The translations under genes and the position numbers were made by a program. Shown in pieces: positions 23,265 through 35,096 of a DNA stretch of 64,000 bases. The notes under the pieces were generated by a model. The model saw nothing but the letters and a program-made list of their open reading frames with translations. It had not been told where the DNA came from and did no database searches. Source of the stretch: Escherichia coli (GTDB lineage: Bacteria > Pseudomonadota > Gammaproteobacteria > Enterobacterales > Enterobacteriaceae). Within the stretch, counting starts at the first letter, position 1. Each line of letters opens with the position of its first letter. The stretch lies in assembly GCF_030013205.1 (NCBI RefSeq), contig NZ_CP122648.1; one strand, given 5' to 3'.

Positions 23265-24485
23265 ATGTCTATTTATAAAATCCCGCTTCCACTGAATATT
23301 CTGGAAGCTGCAAAAGAACGTATTACCTGGACACTTAACACCCTACCCCGCGTCTGCGTTTCTTTTTCGGGTGGTAAAGATTCCGGATTAATGCTGCATC
23401 TGACCGCCGAACTTGCCCGACAAATGGGCAAAAAAATTTGTGTTTTATTTATCGACTGGGAAGCTCAGTTCTCTTGCACCATTAACTATGTTCAGTCCCT
23501 GCGCGAGTTGTACACCGATGTCATCGAAGAGTTTTACTGGGTTGCACTCCCGCTTACAACGCAAAATTCCCTATCACAATACCAACCCGAATGGCAGTGC
23601 TGGGAACCTGATGTCGAATGGGTACGTCAGCCTCCGCAAGATGCGATAACCGATCCTGACTTTTTCTCCTTTTACCAGCCAGGCATGACCTTCGAACAAT
23701 TTGTGCGTGAGTTTGCCGAATGGTTTTCACAAAAACGTCCGGCGGCGATGATGATCGGCATCCGTGCGGATGAGTCCTACAACCGTTTTGTCGCCATCGC
23801 CAGTTTAAATAAACAACGTTTTGCCGATGATAAGCCCTGGACCACTGCCGCACCAGGCGGTCATAGCTGGTACATTTACCCCATCTACGACTGGAAAGTC
23901 GCTGATATCTGGACCTGGTATGCAAATCATCAAAGTCTCTGCAACCCACTGTATAACCTAATGTATCAGGCAGGCGTTCCTCTGCGTCATATGCGAATTT
24001 GCGAACCTTTTGGCCCGGAGCAACGACAAGGATTATGGCTCTATCACGTTATCGAACCGGATCGCTGGGCTGCTATGTGCGCACGAGTCAGCGGGGTAAA
24101 AAGTGGCGGCATTTACGCCGGACATGACAACCATTTTTATGGTCATCGGAAAATCCTCAAGCCCGAACATTTAGACTGGCAGGAGTATGCATTATTGCTA
24201 CTCAACAGCATGCCGGAGAAAACAGCTGAGCATTATCGCAATAAAATCGCCATTTATTTGCACTGGTATCAGAAAAAAGGCATCGAGGTTCCACAAACCC
24301 AGCAAGGGGACATTGGCGCGAAAGATATCCCCTCCTGGCGGCGAATATGCAAAGTTTTACTCAATAACGATTACTGGTGTCGGGCATTATCATTTAGCCC
24401 GACCAAAGCGAAGAACTATCAGCGTTATAACGAACGAATAAAAGGAAAACGTCAGGAATGGGGGATACTATGCAACAACGATTAA
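23265..24485 (+). CDS. ybdN: PAPS-reductase-like PP-loop ATP pyrophosphatase family protein
   Basis: 406-aa ORF with PP-loop motif SGGKDS (CVSFSGGKDSGLMLHL); matches YbdN. Confidence 0.9.
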   Translation: MSIYKIPLPLNILEAAKERITWTLNTLPRVCVSFSGGKDSGLMLHLTAELARQMGKKICVLFIDWEAQFSCTINYVQSLRELYTDVIEEFYWVALPLTTQNSLSQYQPEWQCWEPDVEWVRQPPQDAITDPDFFSFYQPGMTFEQFVREFAEWFSQKRPAAMMIGIRADESYNRFVAIASLNKQRFADDKPWTTAAPGGHSWYIYPIYDWKVADIWTWYANHQSLCNPLYNLMYQAGVPLRHMRICEPFGPEQRQGLWLYHVIEPDRWAAMCARVSGVKSGGIYAGHDNHFYGHRKILKPEHLDWQEYALLLLNSMPEKTAEHYRNKIAIYLHWYQKKGIEVPQTQQGDIGAKDIPSWRRICKVLLNNDYWCRALSFSPTKAKNYQRYNERIKGKRQEWGILCNND

Positions 24486-25087
24486 CGCAGGATTTAACCC
24501 AATTTCTCGCCAGCTTGCCGGAAGACGATCGCATCAAAGCGATTAATGAAATCCGCATGGCGATCCATAAGGTCAGTCCTTTTCGTGAAGAGCCGGTGCA
24601 TTGTGTTTTGTGGGTGAAAAATAGCCAGCTCGTGCCGAATGATTACAATCCCAATAATGTGGCACCACCAGAGAAGAAACTGCTGCAAAAATCCATTGAA
24701 ATAGATGGCTTTACGCAACCCATTGTGGTCACGCATACAGATAAAAATGCTCTGGAAATTGTTGATGGTTTTCACCGCCATGAAATAGGTAAAGGCTTAT
24801 CATCGTTAAAATTACGCTTAAAAGGTTATTTGCCAGTAACCTGTCTGGAAGGTACACGTAATCAACGCATCGCCGCGACTATTCGTCATAACCGCGCCCG
24901 TGGTCGCCATCAAATCACTGCCATGTCCGAAATTGTTCGTGAACTCAGCCAGTTGGGATGGGACGATCATAAAATCGGCAAAGAGCTGGGAATGGACAGC
25001 GACGAGGTGCTGCGCCTGAAACAAATTAACGGCCTGCAAGAACTGTTTGCCGACCGTCAATTTTCCCGCGCATGGACGGTTAAATAA
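24458..25087 (+). CDS. ybdM: ParB/sulfiredoxin-like nuclease-domain protein
   Basis: 209-aa ORF with DGxHR-type motif (VDGFHRHE); 28-nt overlap with ybdN suggests translational coupling. Confidence 0.9.
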   Translation: MGDTMQQRLTQDLTQFLASLPEDDRIKAINEIRMAIHKVSPFREEPVHCVLWVKNSQLVPNDYNPNNVAPPEKKLLQKSIEIDGFTQPIVVTHTDKNALEIVDGFHRHEIGKGLSSLKLRLKGYLPVTCLEGTRNQRIAATIRHNRARGRHQITAMSEIVRELSQLGWDDHKIGKELGMDSDEVLRLKQINGLQELFADRQFSRAWTVK

Positions 25088-26248
25088 CTACAGCTGGCGC
25101 AGGCGTTCAGCGGCTGCCAGCAACGTCGATTCCTTCTTGGCAAAACAGAGACGAATCAGTTTATGGGGGAAGGGATCGGCGCAAAACACCGACAGCGGAA
25201 TCGCCGCTACACCGTGCTCCCGCGTCAGCCACTGGCAAAACTCAACATCATCCAGCGTAGACACGGCGCTGTAATTCACCAGCAAAAAGTATGTACCTTC
25301 GCACGGTAAAATCTCCAGCCGGCTTTCACTTAAGGCATTCACCAGAATATCGCGTTTTTGGCGATAAAAGTCCGGTAACGCAAGATAATGCTCAGGTTCT
25401 GCACGTAGCATATCCGCAAGTGCCAGCTGTGCCGGGGTATTCACCGAAAAGGTCAGATACTGGTGTACCTTGCGAATTTCAGCGCTGATGGGCGCTGGCG
25501 CAACGCAATAACCCACTTTCCAGCCGGTCATATGATAGGTCTTGCCAAATGAAGAAACTGCCACCGCCCGCTCACGCAGCTGCGGATGCGCCAGCACGCT
25601 GGCATGGCCCTGTTGTGAAAAGTTGATGTGCTCGTAAACTTCATCGCTAATGACAAAAATCTCGTGCCCGGCAATTGCCTGCCACAAAGCGGCGAAATCA
25701 GCCTGCTGCCAGACAGTTGCACTGGGGTTATGCGGGGTGTTGAGGATCACCTGTCGGGTGCGCTCGCTTAACAATGCGGCAAATTCCTGCCAGTCCACGC
25801 GAAAATGCGGTGGTTGCAGTGCAATACGTTTCACTATTCCCCCCGAAAGCGCGATGGCGGGCGCGTAACTGTCATAGCTGGGATCAAAGCAGATCACTTC
25901 ATCACCATTGCGCACCAATGCGGTAATCGCTGCATATAACGCTTCCGTCGCCCCTGCCGTTACGGTGATATCACTATCGGCATCCGGTTGATAGCCATAC
26001 AGACGTTCCGTTTTCTGAGCAATCGCCTCGCGCAAGGCCTGCACGCCAGTCATAGGCGCGTATTGGTTTGCCCCCTGGTCAACATGGTACGCCAGCCGCT
26101 CCTGCAAATAGCGCGGACCATCAAAATCAGGAAAGCCTTGCGACAGGTTAATCGCCTGGTGTTGCTGCGCCAACGCGCTCATCTGGGTGAAAATAGTGGT
26201 GCCAAGTTGTGGAAGTTTGCTTTGTGGAATCAGAGGGTTATTTGTCAT
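25088..26248 (-). CDS. ybdL: methionine aminotransferase (PLP-dependent)
   Basis: 386-aa ORF; matches YbdL. Confidence 0.94.
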   Translation of the reverse strand: MTNNPLIPQSKLPQLGTTIFTQMSALAQQHQAINLSQGFPDFDGPRYLQERLAYHVDQGANQYAPMTGVQALREAIAQKTERLYGYQPDADSDITVTAGATEALYAAITALVRNGDEVICFDPSYDSYAPAIALSGGIVKRIALQPPHFRVDWQEFAALLSERTRQVILNTPHNPSATVWQQADFAALWQAIAGHEIFVISDEVYEHINFSQQGHASVLAHPQLRERAVAVSSFGKTYHMTGWKVGYCVAPAPISAEIRKVHQYLTFSVNTPAQLALADMLRAEPEHYLALPDFYRQKRDILVNALSESRLEILPCEGTYFLLVNYSAVSTLDDVEFCQWLTREHGVAAIPLSVFCADPFPHKLIRLCFAKKESTLLAAAERLRQL

Positions 26249-26355
26249 TTTTTATTGTGCCTGACGAAGTTGTGTTGAAGGCACTATAACACGATGCTAG
26301 TATTTGGCAATCAAGACGTTTAGATGTCTAAATAAAACAATAAGGACAACACAAC

Positions 26356-27444
26356 ATGCCTCACAATCCTATCCGCGTGGTCGTAGGCCCGGCTAACTAC
26401 TTTTCACATCCAGGAAGTTTCAATCACCTGCACGATTTTTTCACTGATGAACAACTTTCTCGCGCGGTGTGGATCTACGGCGAACGCGCCATTGCTGCGG
26501 CGCAAACAAAACTTCCGCCAGCGTTTGAACTGCCAGGGGCAAAGCATTTTTTGTTTCGCGGTCATTGCAGCGAAAGCGGTGTACAACAACTGGCGGCTGA
26601 CTCCGGTGACGATCGCAGCGTGGTGATTGGCGTCGGCGGCGGCGCACTGCTCGACACCGCAAAAGCCCTCGCCCGCCGTCTCGGTCTGCCGTTTGTTGCC
26701 GTTCCGACGATAGCCGCTACCTGCGCCGCCTGGACACCGCTCTCCGTCTGGTATAACGATGCCGGACAGGCGCTGCATTTTGAGATTTTCGACGACGCCA
26801 ATTTTATGGTGCTGGTGGAACCAGAGATTATCCTCAATGCGCCGCAACAATATCTGCTGGCGGGGATCGGTGACACGCTGGCGAAATGGTATGAAGCGGT
26901 GGTGCTGGCTCCGCAACCAGAAACGTTGCCGCTAACCGTGCGGCTGGGGATCAATAATGCGCAGGCCATTCGCGACGTCTTGTTAAACAGTAGCGAACAG
27001 GCGCTTGCCGATCAGCAAAATCACCAGTTAACGCAATCATTTTGCGATGTGGTGGATGCCATTATTGCTGGTGGTGGGATGGTCGGTGGTCTGGGCGATC
27101 GTTTTACGCGTGTGGCGGCGGCCCATGCCGTGCATAACGGTCTGACCGTTTTGCCGCAAACCGAGAAGTTTCTCCACGGCACCAAAGTCGCCTACGGAAT
27201 TCTGGTGCAAAGCGCCTTGCTGGGTCAGGATGATGTGCTGGCGCAATTAACTGGAGCGTATCAGCGTTTTCATCTGCCGACTACGCTGGCGGAGCTGGAA
27301 GTGGATATCAATAATCAGGCGGAGATCGACAAAGTGATTGCCCACACCTTGCGTCCGGTGGAATCCATTCATTACCTGCCAGTCACGCTGACACCAGATA
27401 CGTTGCGTGCAGCGTTCGAAAAAGTGGAATCGTTTAAAGCCTGA
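26356..27444 (+). CDS. ybdH: hydroxycarboxylate dehydrogenase (iron-type alcohol dehydrogenase family)
   Basis: 362-aa ORF; matches YbdH/HcxA. Confidence 0.93.
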   Translation: MPHNPIRVVVGPANYFSHPGSFNHLHDFFTDEQLSRAVWIYGERAIAAAQTKLPPAFELPGAKHFLFRGHCSESGVQQLAADSGDDRSVVIGVGGGALLDTAKALARRLGLPFVAVPTIAATCAAWTPLSVWYNDAGQALHFEIFDDANFMVLVEPEIILNAPQQYLLAGIGDTLAKWYEAVVLAPQPETLPLTVRLGINNAQAIRDVLLNSSEQALADQQNHQLTQSFCDVVDAIIAGGGMVGGLGDRFTRVAAAHAVHNGLTVLPQTEKFLHGTKVAYGILVQSALLGQDDVLAQLTGAYQRFHLPTTLAELEVDINNQAEIDKVIAHTLRPVESIHYLPVTLTPDTLRAAFEKVESFKA

Positions 27445-27453
27445 CGTACATAT

Positions 27454-27651
27454 TTAGCAGCAGCGCGCGCCGCCTTTTCCACCGTAGCGCGCGTCCTGCC
27501 GCTCACGGAAAAACTCCTCGTAGGTCATCGGCGTTTGATCGGGATGGTTAACCCGCATATGTTCGACATAGTTGTCGTAATCAGGCATACCAATCATCAG
27601 TTTCGCCGCCTGACCTAAATATTTTCCGGCTTTTGCCAGTGAATCAAACAT
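27454..27651 (-). CDS. ybdD: small DUF466-family protein, CstA partner
   Basis: 65 aa ([21 protein letters not shown]...); C-terminal cysteines; sits downstream of cstA on the same strand. Confidence 0.85.
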   Translation of the reverse strand: MFDSLAKAGKYLGQAAKLMIGMPDYDNYVEHMRVNHPDQTPMTYEEFFRERQDARYGGKGGARCC

Positions 27652-27715
27652 CAATACCTCCGGTAAACAGGTTGCTGAGAGAGTGCATTAATAGCTATCA
27701 ACGCACTTGGTCAGT

Positions 27716-27790
27716 CCCCTCGCCCCATCGGGGAGAGGGTTAGGGTGAGGGGGAACTCTCGGAGCCATGCCAACATTCCCCCTCACTCTG
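27716..27790. repeat. GC-rich interspersed extragenic repeat (BoxC-like)
   Basis: cccctcgccccatcggggagagggttagggtgagggggaa plus a nearby ccccctcac copy in the cstA-ybdD spacer. Confidence 0.5.
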
Positions 27791-27793
27791 ACT

Positions 27794-29899
27794 TTAGTGC
27801 GCGCCTTTCGCCTGCGCCACGATCTCCTCGACATTTTCCGGCATCGGCTCATATGGCGTTTCTTTCGCCGTTGGCTTCGGCTCTTTCAATGCCGCAAGTG
27901 CCGTCTTAATCGAGAACAGTGCCAGAACCACCACGACCACCATAAAGAAGATGGTTAACCCGGCATCCAGACGGTTGTTGAACACCAGTTGCGCCAGCTG
28001 TGACTCAGTATACTGCGATGGAATATTGCCGCTGTCGATCATTGCCTGGAACTTGTTAGCAATCGCCAGGAAGCCGACTTTCGCATCCGGGCTAAACGCT
28101 TTCTGCCAGCCTGCGGTCAGGGTACAAATCAGCAGCCAGGCCGTTGGTACCAGCGCCACCCAGGCGTAACGTTGACGTTTCATTTTGAACAACACTACGG
28201 CACAGAGCATCAGCGCCATCCCTGCCAGCATCTGGTTGGCAATACCAAACAGCGGCCACAGAGTGTTAATACCGCCCAGCGGATCGACCACTCCCTGATG
28301 GAGGAAGTAGCCCCACGCCAGTACGCACAGCGCCGTTGCCAGCAGGTTAGCAGGCAGTGAATCGGTCCGTTTCAGGCCCGGAGACACCACGCCCAGCAGA
28401 TCCTGCAACATAAAGCGCGCAGCACGCGTACCTGCATCCACCGCCGTCAGAATAAACAGTGCTTCAAACAAAATGGCGAAGTGATACCAGAACGCCACAT
28501 CCATCATGCCGCCCAGCGCGCCGTGCAGAATGTAGGCCATCCCCACCGCCAGCGTCGGCGCACCGCCCGCACGGGAAATGATCGACTGTTCACCCACTTC
28601 GCTGGCAATCTGGTTGAGCGTATCTGGTGTAATGCTAAATCCCCAGCTACTCACCACTTGCGCTGCAGAAGCGACCACATCCGCCGTACCTGCCGGAGCC
28701 AGCACCGCCATCGGGCTGTTCATAGCGAAGTACACACCCGGATCGATGATACAGGCGGAAACCAGCGCCATAATCGCTACGAAGGATTCCATTAACATCC
28801 CGCCGTAGCCGATAAAACACGCCTGCCCTTCGTTCGCCAGCATCTTCGGCGTGGTACCGGAAGAGATCAGCGCATGGAAGCCAGACACCGCGCCACAAGC
28901 GATGGTGATAAACAGGAACGGGAACAGGTTACCGGTCCATACCGGGCCAGTGCCATCGACAAATTTAGTTAGCGCAGGCATGGTCAGCGTCGGGCGCATA
29001 ATCAAAATGCCTACCGCCAGACCGACGATGGTCCCGATTTTCAGGAAGGTTGAGAGGTAGTCGCGCGGGGCCAGCAACAGCCACACCGGCAGCACCGCCG
29101 CCACAAAACCGTAACCCACCAGCATCCAGGTCAGCTGCACGCCGGTAAAGTCAAAGTACGGTGCCCAGGTCGGACTTTCTGCCACCCAGCCGCCAGAGAT
29201 AATGGCGAAAATCAGGAACACCAGGCCGATGACCGACACTTCGCCAATACGCCCCGGACGCAGATAGCGCAGGTAGATCCCCATAAACAGCGCCAGCGGA
29301 ATAGTGAACGCAACGGTATACGTTCCCCACGGGCTATGAGTCAGGGCTTTCACCACGATCATCGCCAGCACGGCAAGGATAATGACCATGATCATAAAGC
29401 AGGCCACCAGCGCTATCACCCCGGCGGTTGGCCCCATCTCTTCTTTGACCAGCTCACCCAGCGAGCGACCATCGCGGCGCGTAGAAACAAACAGCACCAT
29501 GAAATCCTGCACCGCACCGGCGAGAACCACCCCGGCGAGCAGCCAGATCATCCCCGGCAGGTAGCCCATTTGCGCTGCCAGCACCGGCCCAACCAGCGGA
29601 CCTGCTCCGGCAATGGCCGCAAAATGGTGACCGAACAGCACTTTCTTGTCCGTCGGCACATAGTCCAGCCCGTCGTTATGGCGCACCGCTGGCGTCATAC
29701 GCGTCGGGTCAACCGCCAGCACATTTTTGGCGATATACAGACCATAAAAACGGTAAGCGATCAGATAGATACAGACCGACGCCACCACAATCCACAGCGC
29801 GTTGATCTGTTCCCCACGATTTAAAGCAATATATCCCAGAGCAAATGCTCCCATTACAGAGAGCACTGTCCAGACGAGGTATTTCCCTGATTTGTTCAT
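27794..29899 (-). CDS. cstA: carbon starvation protein A (pyruvate/peptide transporter)
   Basis: 701-aa polytopic membrane ORF; matches CstA. Confidence 0.96.
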   Translation of the reverse strand: MNKSGKYLVWTVLSVMGAFALGYIALNRGEQINALWIVVASVCIYLIAYRFYGLYIAKNVLAVDPTRMTPAVRHNDGLDYVPTDKKVLFGHHFAAIAGAGPLVGPVLAAQMGYLPGMIWLLAGVVLAGAVQDFMVLFVSTRRDGRSLGELVKEEMGPTAGVIALVACFMIMVIILAVLAMIVVKALTHSPWGTYTVAFTIPLALFMGIYLRYLRPGRIGEVSVIGLVFLIFAIISGGWVAESPTWAPYFDFTGVQLTWMLVGYGFVAAVLPVWLLLAPRDYLSTFLKIGTIVGLAVGILIMRPTLTMPALTKFVDGTGPVWTGNLFPFLFITIACGAVSGFHALISSGTTPKMLANEGQACFIGYGGMLMESFVAIMALVSACIIDPGVYFAMNSPMAVLAPAGTADVVASAAQVVSSWGFSITPDTLNQIASEVGEQSIISRAGGAPTLAVGMAYILHGALGGMMDVAFWYHFAILFEALFILTAVDAGTRAARFMLQDLLGVVSPGLKRTDSLPANLLATALCVLAWGYFLHQGVVDPLGGINTLWPLFGIANQMLAGMALMLCAVVLFKMKRQRYAWVALVPTAWLLICTLTAGWQKAFSPDAKVGFLAIANKFQAMIDSGNIPSQYTESQLAQLVFNNRLDAGLTIFFMVVVVVLALFSIKTALAALKEPKPTAKETPYEPMPENVEEIVAQAKGAH

Positions 29900-30079
29900 A
29901 GTTGTTATCCGTGTGCGTGTCCATAGAGATGTTACATTTTGTTTCTATAACATCTTTGTGCAATTTAACAACACAGCAACTATGTAAATCCGAGTTGAAA
30001 CCAATATTTAACTTAACAATGTTAACTCGATCACTCCGTTAACCGAGTTTTCCTGCAATCTCATATAATTCTGTCGGGT

Positions 30080-30493
30080 TCATCCCAAAACTGCCGTACC
30101 CAGCCGACAAGTGCAGCAACGCCGCCCCTGTTCATCGAAAACGACGATTTCCCAGCTCTGATTTTGCCGCCCAAGATGCAACGGCTGGCAGACGCCGCGT
30201 ACCTTGCCTTCAGACACCGGGCGATGATGGGTGGCGTTAAGTTCCGTGCCCACCACACACTGTCCGTCGCAGGTCATCATAAATCCGGCCATCGATCCCA
30301 GCGTTTCCGCCAGCGCCGCCGACGCGCCGCCATGCAGCAGGCCAAACGGCTGATGAGTACGGGTATCAACCGGCATTTCGGCTTCCAGCACATCATCGTC
30401 CAGACGGGTGTAAACGATTCCCAGATGCGCCACCATTGTGTTATCGCTGGTGGCGTTCAGCTCGTCGAGCGTTAAATGGCGTTTCCAGATCAT
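30080..30493 (-). CDS. entH: proofreading thioesterase of enterobactin synthesis (hotdog fold)
   Basis: 137-aa ORF; matches EntH/YbdB. Confidence 0.94.
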   Translation of the reverse strand: MIWKRHLTLDELNATSDNTMVAHLGIVYTRLDDDVLEAEMPVDTRTHQPFGLLHGGASAALAETLGSMAGFMMTCDGQCVVGTELNATHHRPVSEGKVRGVCQPLHLGRQNQSWEIVVFDEQGRRCCTCRLGTAVLG

Positions 30494-30495
30494 GC

Positions 30496-31242
30496 TTATG
30501 CCCCCAGCGTTGAGCCGCCATCGACCACAATATCCTGTAGGGTGATATGGCTGGCGAGATCAGAGGCGAGGAACAAAATCGTATTGGCGATCTCCTGTGG
30601 ACGGGCGATTTTCCCCAGCGGAATGCCGAGTTTAAACTGCTCGCCAAAGCCGCGAATACGCTGCTCTTCGGCGTCATCGCTCACCCACAGCGTGCGTTGC
30701 ATATCGGTGTCGGTGGAACCCGGCGAAACCACATTACAGCGCACGCCGCTACCCGCCAGTTCCAGCCCAACGCTCAACGCCAGGCTTTTCAGCGCCGCTT
30801 TCGACGCGCCATAAGCACTCATACCAATGCGCGGCGTGTGTGCGGCGTCGGACGCAACAGTAACAATCGCCCCGCCCCGCTGACGGCGAAACTGGTTCAT
30901 GGTCTGCTGGAACAGGTTAAACGCACCACCGACATTGACCGCAAAAGTCTGCTGCCAGTCCTCCTTACTGAGCTGATCGGTCGCGCCCATGCGCAAAATT
31001 CCCGCCGCATTGACCAGCACGTCCAGTCGCTCCGTTTCAGCTAACAGTCGCTGACATACCTGCGCCACCTGCGCAGCATCGGCAACATCCATCACTTCGG
31101 TCGCAAAGGGATATTGCTCCTGAGCGAACGCTTGATCAAAACCAGTGACTTTCGCTCCCGCCTCAACAAACGCCAGCGCCGTGGCGTAGCCGATACCTTT
31201 CCCTGCGCCAGTTACCCAGACATTTTTACCGCTGAAATCCAT
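30496..31242 (-). CDS. entA: 2,3-dihydro-2,3-dihydroxybenzoate dehydrogenase
   Basis: 248 aa from internal ATG ([18 protein letters not shown]..., Rossmann motif). Confidence 0.95.
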   Translation of the reverse strand: MDFSGKNVWVTGAGKGIGYATALAFVEAGAKVTGFDQAFAQEQYPFATEVMDVADAAQVAQVCQRLLAETERLDVLVNAAGILRMGATDQLSKEDWQQTFAVNVGGAFNLFQQTMNQFRRQRGGAIVTVASDAAHTPRIGMSAYGASKAALKSLALSVGLELAGSGVRCNVVSPGSTDTDMQRTLWVSDDAEEQRIRGFGEQFKLGIPLGKIARPQEIANTILFLASDLASHITLQDIVVDGGSTLGA

Positions 31243-32099
31243 TATTTCACCTCGCGGGAAAGTAGCTTCCACCAGGCGTCGATGGTCGGGTTTTTCGCCA
31301 GCATGACAAAGTCGATATCGCCATGCACTTTGCGCCAGCGCGCCGCCAGCGCCATCATGCGCACCGAATCCAGACCGTAGTCGATCAGGTTGTCGTCATC
31401 GAACGGTTCATCGGACTCGTCCAGCAACGGCAGGATCACCTCACGCAGCGCCGCTTTGCTGGCGGGGATAGGTGCTGGCAGTAATTCTTCGGTCATCACC
31501 ACCCGGCCAGAACGTCCGGCCACATATTTCAGCGACATCAAATGCTCGTCACGGCTGAAATCGGCCAGCGCATCTGCCACCATAAACGGTTTAATATCGC
31601 GCATAAATGCGTCGGTTGCGGTGGTCATACAGCCAATGTGGGCATATACCCCGGTAATAATCAGCTGGTTACGTCCACTCTCTTTCAGCATTTGCTCCAG
31701 CGGGGAACGATGAAACGCGCTGTAGCGCCACTTCACCAGCACCGTGTCGTCGGCATCTGGCGTCAGGCTATCCACCACCTTTTGCTGTTCCGGCGAACGG
31801 GTCAGGCCAGGCCCCCACATATCATTCAACAGCGCCCGATCTTCATCGCTCTGCTCTTTCGGCTGGGCGGTGTAATAAACCGGGATATTGTGCTGTTTGC
31901 AGTAGTCGCGTAGTGCCGCAATATTCGCGATCACCTGCTCCATCATCGGGCAGTTCTCGCCCCAGAAGCTGACAAAATAGTCCTGCATATCATGGATTAA
32001 CAACGCGGCACGTTGCGGTTCAAAGGCCCAGTCGACTTTATTCTGCGGAATATCGTGAGACTCCGGCAGTGCGTAAGCCTGTAATTTTGGAATAGCCAT
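31242..32099 (-). CDS. entB: isochorismatase / aryl carrier protein
   Basis: 285-aa ORF; matches EntB. Confidence 0.96.
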   Translation of the reverse strand: MAIPKLQAYALPESHDIPQNKVDWAFEPQRAALLIHDMQDYFVSFWGENCPMMEQVIANIAALRDYCKQHNIPVYYTAQPKEQSDEDRALLNDMWGPGLTRSPEQQKVVDSLTPDADDTVLVKWRYSAFHRSPLEQMLKESGRNQLIITGVYAHIGCMTTATDAFMRDIKPFMVADALADFSRDEHLMSLKYVAGRSGRVVMTEELLPAPIPASKAALREVILPLLDESDEPFDDDNLIDYGLDSVRMMALAARWRKVHGDIDFVMLAKNPTIDAWWKLLSREVK

Positions 32100-32112
32100 C
32101 GTGTTCTCTCCT

Positions 32113-33723
32113 TCAGGCTGATGCGCGTGACGCCAGCCACTGACGTAATTGTTTTTTCTCGACTTTCCCGACCGCCGTCAGCGGAAGTGAATCCACACAC
32201 TCCACGCGATCCGGTAATTTAAATTCGGCAATACCCTGTTCACGCAGGAAACGACGCACCTGCACCGCGCGTAGAGGCTCTTTTACCACCAGATAAGCAC
32301 AGCTTTTTTCGCCCATCAGCTCATCTTCCATGCTCACCAGTGCGGCGTAGATCACCGCCGGATGGCGCAGCAGCAGGTTTTCGATCTCTTCGGCAGCGAT
32401 CTTCTCGCCGCCACGGTTGATCTGATCTTTCTCGCGCCCCTGCACGGTGATGTACCCCTCTGGATCAATAGAGATCAGATCACCAGAACAGTAAAAACCG
32501 TTGGCATCAAAGGCGCTGGCATTGTGCTGCGGGCTTTTGTAATAGCCGCGGAAGGTGTACGGACCGCGCGTCATCAGGCGTCCGACTTCCCCTTGCGGCA
32601 GTGGATTTCCTTCGGCATCGGCAACCCACACTTCATCGTCCGGACACATTGGATAGCCCTGGGTATGGATTATTTTCTCCGCGCTATCATCAAGTCGGGT
32701 GTAGTTCACCAGTCCTTCCGCCATGCCGAATACCTGCTGTAACTGGCAGCCAATCTCTGCGGGAATACGCGCCGCAAGCGTGGCAGAAAGACGTGCACCA
32801 CCGACCTGTAACAGTTTCAGCGAGGCAAGCTGCGCCCGGCTTTCGCCTTCGGTCAGCGCCTGTAACCACAGGCTGACTGCGGGTGGCACCAGCGCGGTGA
32901 CGTTCACCTGATGTTTTTCAATCAATGGGAAGCAGAGCGTGGCGCTGGGGTCGGCAGCCAGAACGACAGTGCCGCCAGCGAGAAATACGCCCAGCGATCC
33001 TGGCGAACTCATGGCGTAGTTATGAGCCGCCGGGATCGCGCACAGGTAGCGTGTCTGTTGTGTGAACTGACAAATCTCGACGCTACGACGCACGCTGTAG
33101 TAGTAGTCGTTATGAGTGCGCGGGATCAGTTTCGGTGTGCCGGTGGTGCCGCCGGAAAGCTGGAAATAGGCCACTTCATCAGCAGGTGACGGCGTGGCAG
33201 TAAAATCCTCAGCCGGATGGTTAATCGCATCCTGCAAGTTATGCTCACCGCTGTCGTTGTGCAGTTGCACCACGCGAATGGAGGAATGCTCTGCAACAAA
33301 TGTATTGAGGAAATCATCTCCGCTAAACAGCGCATGCTGGCGATCGGCAATCAGTAACGCCGGTTCAATCTGGCTGGCATAGGCGTTCAGTTCACTACGC
33401 TGATGGCTGAACAGCGCCAGCACCGGCGCAACGCCCAGTTTCAGCAGTGCGAAAAAGGTAATGTAAAGTTCAGCGACGTTACCCAGTTGTACCAGCGCGG
33501 TTTCACCAGGTTTAATGCCCTGACGGCGTAAACTACACGCGAGGTTATCCGCCGCCTGATTCAGCTCTCGGTAACTCAACTGCCGCTCGCCGTCGATAAC
33601 CGCGATGCTGTCACTCGCAGCGTGGCGGGTCAGAATATCGGTCAGTGGCAAATCCTGCCAGTAGCCTTTTTCCCGATAGCGACGGGAAAACTCTTCCGGC
33701 CAGCGGGTGAATGGAATGCTCAT
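32113..33723 (-). CDS. entE: 2,3-dihydroxybenzoate-AMP ligase
   Basis: 536 aa from internal ATG ([12 protein letters not shown]...); adenylation-domain motifs. Confidence 0.95.
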   Translation of the reverse strand: MSIPFTRWPEEFSRRYREKGYWQDLPLTDILTRHAASDSIAVIDGERQLSYRELNQAADNLACSLRRQGIKPGETALVQLGNVAELYITFFALLKLGVAPVLALFSHQRSELNAYASQIEPALLIADRQHALFSGDDFLNTFVAEHSSIRVVQLHNDSGEHNLQDAINHPAEDFTATPSPADEVAYFQLSGGTTGTPKLIPRTHNDYYYSVRRSVEICQFTQQTRYLCAIPAAHNYAMSSPGSLGVFLAGGTVVLAADPSATLCFPLIEKHQVNVTALVPPAVSLWLQALTEGESRAQLASLKLLQVGGARLSATLAARIPAEIGCQLQQVFGMAEGLVNYTRLDDSAEKIIHTQGYPMCPDDEVWVADAEGNPLPQGEVGRLMTRGPYTFRGYYKSPQHNASAFDANGFYCSGDLISIDPEGYITVQGREKDQINRGGEKIAAEEIENLLLRHPAVIYAALVSMEDELMGEKSCAYLVVKEPLRAVQVRRFLREQGIAEFKLPDRVECVDSLPLTAVGKVEKKQLRQWLASRASA

Positions 33724-33732
33724 CCTCACTCC

Positions 33733-34908
<1,176 letters not shown>

Positions 34909-34935
34909 ATCATCCTCCACAAAATGATAAAGGAT

Positions 34936-34958
34936 TTAATAATGATTATCATTTATAT
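34936..34958. promoter_or_regulatory. Fur box in the entC-fepB divergent promoter region
   Basis: taataatgattatcatttat resembles the Fur consensus GATAATGATAATCATTATC. Confidence 0.6.
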
Positions 34959-35096
34959 TTTCGGTAGCTAACCTAAAAGCAAACGCGCACTATGTCAACT
35001 CTTGAGGTAACGCAATCTGCAACTCGGGGTTGCATCTGGTTGTGGTTACAATGAAAATGAGAAGCATTAACTTCATTAATAACAGGAAGCTGACTT

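Noticed and set aside
29900-30079. CRP site for cstA (tgttaactcgatcact)
   Set aside because: Only an approximate match to TGTGA-N6-TCACA by eye; without a matrix scan the position is too uncertain to annotate.
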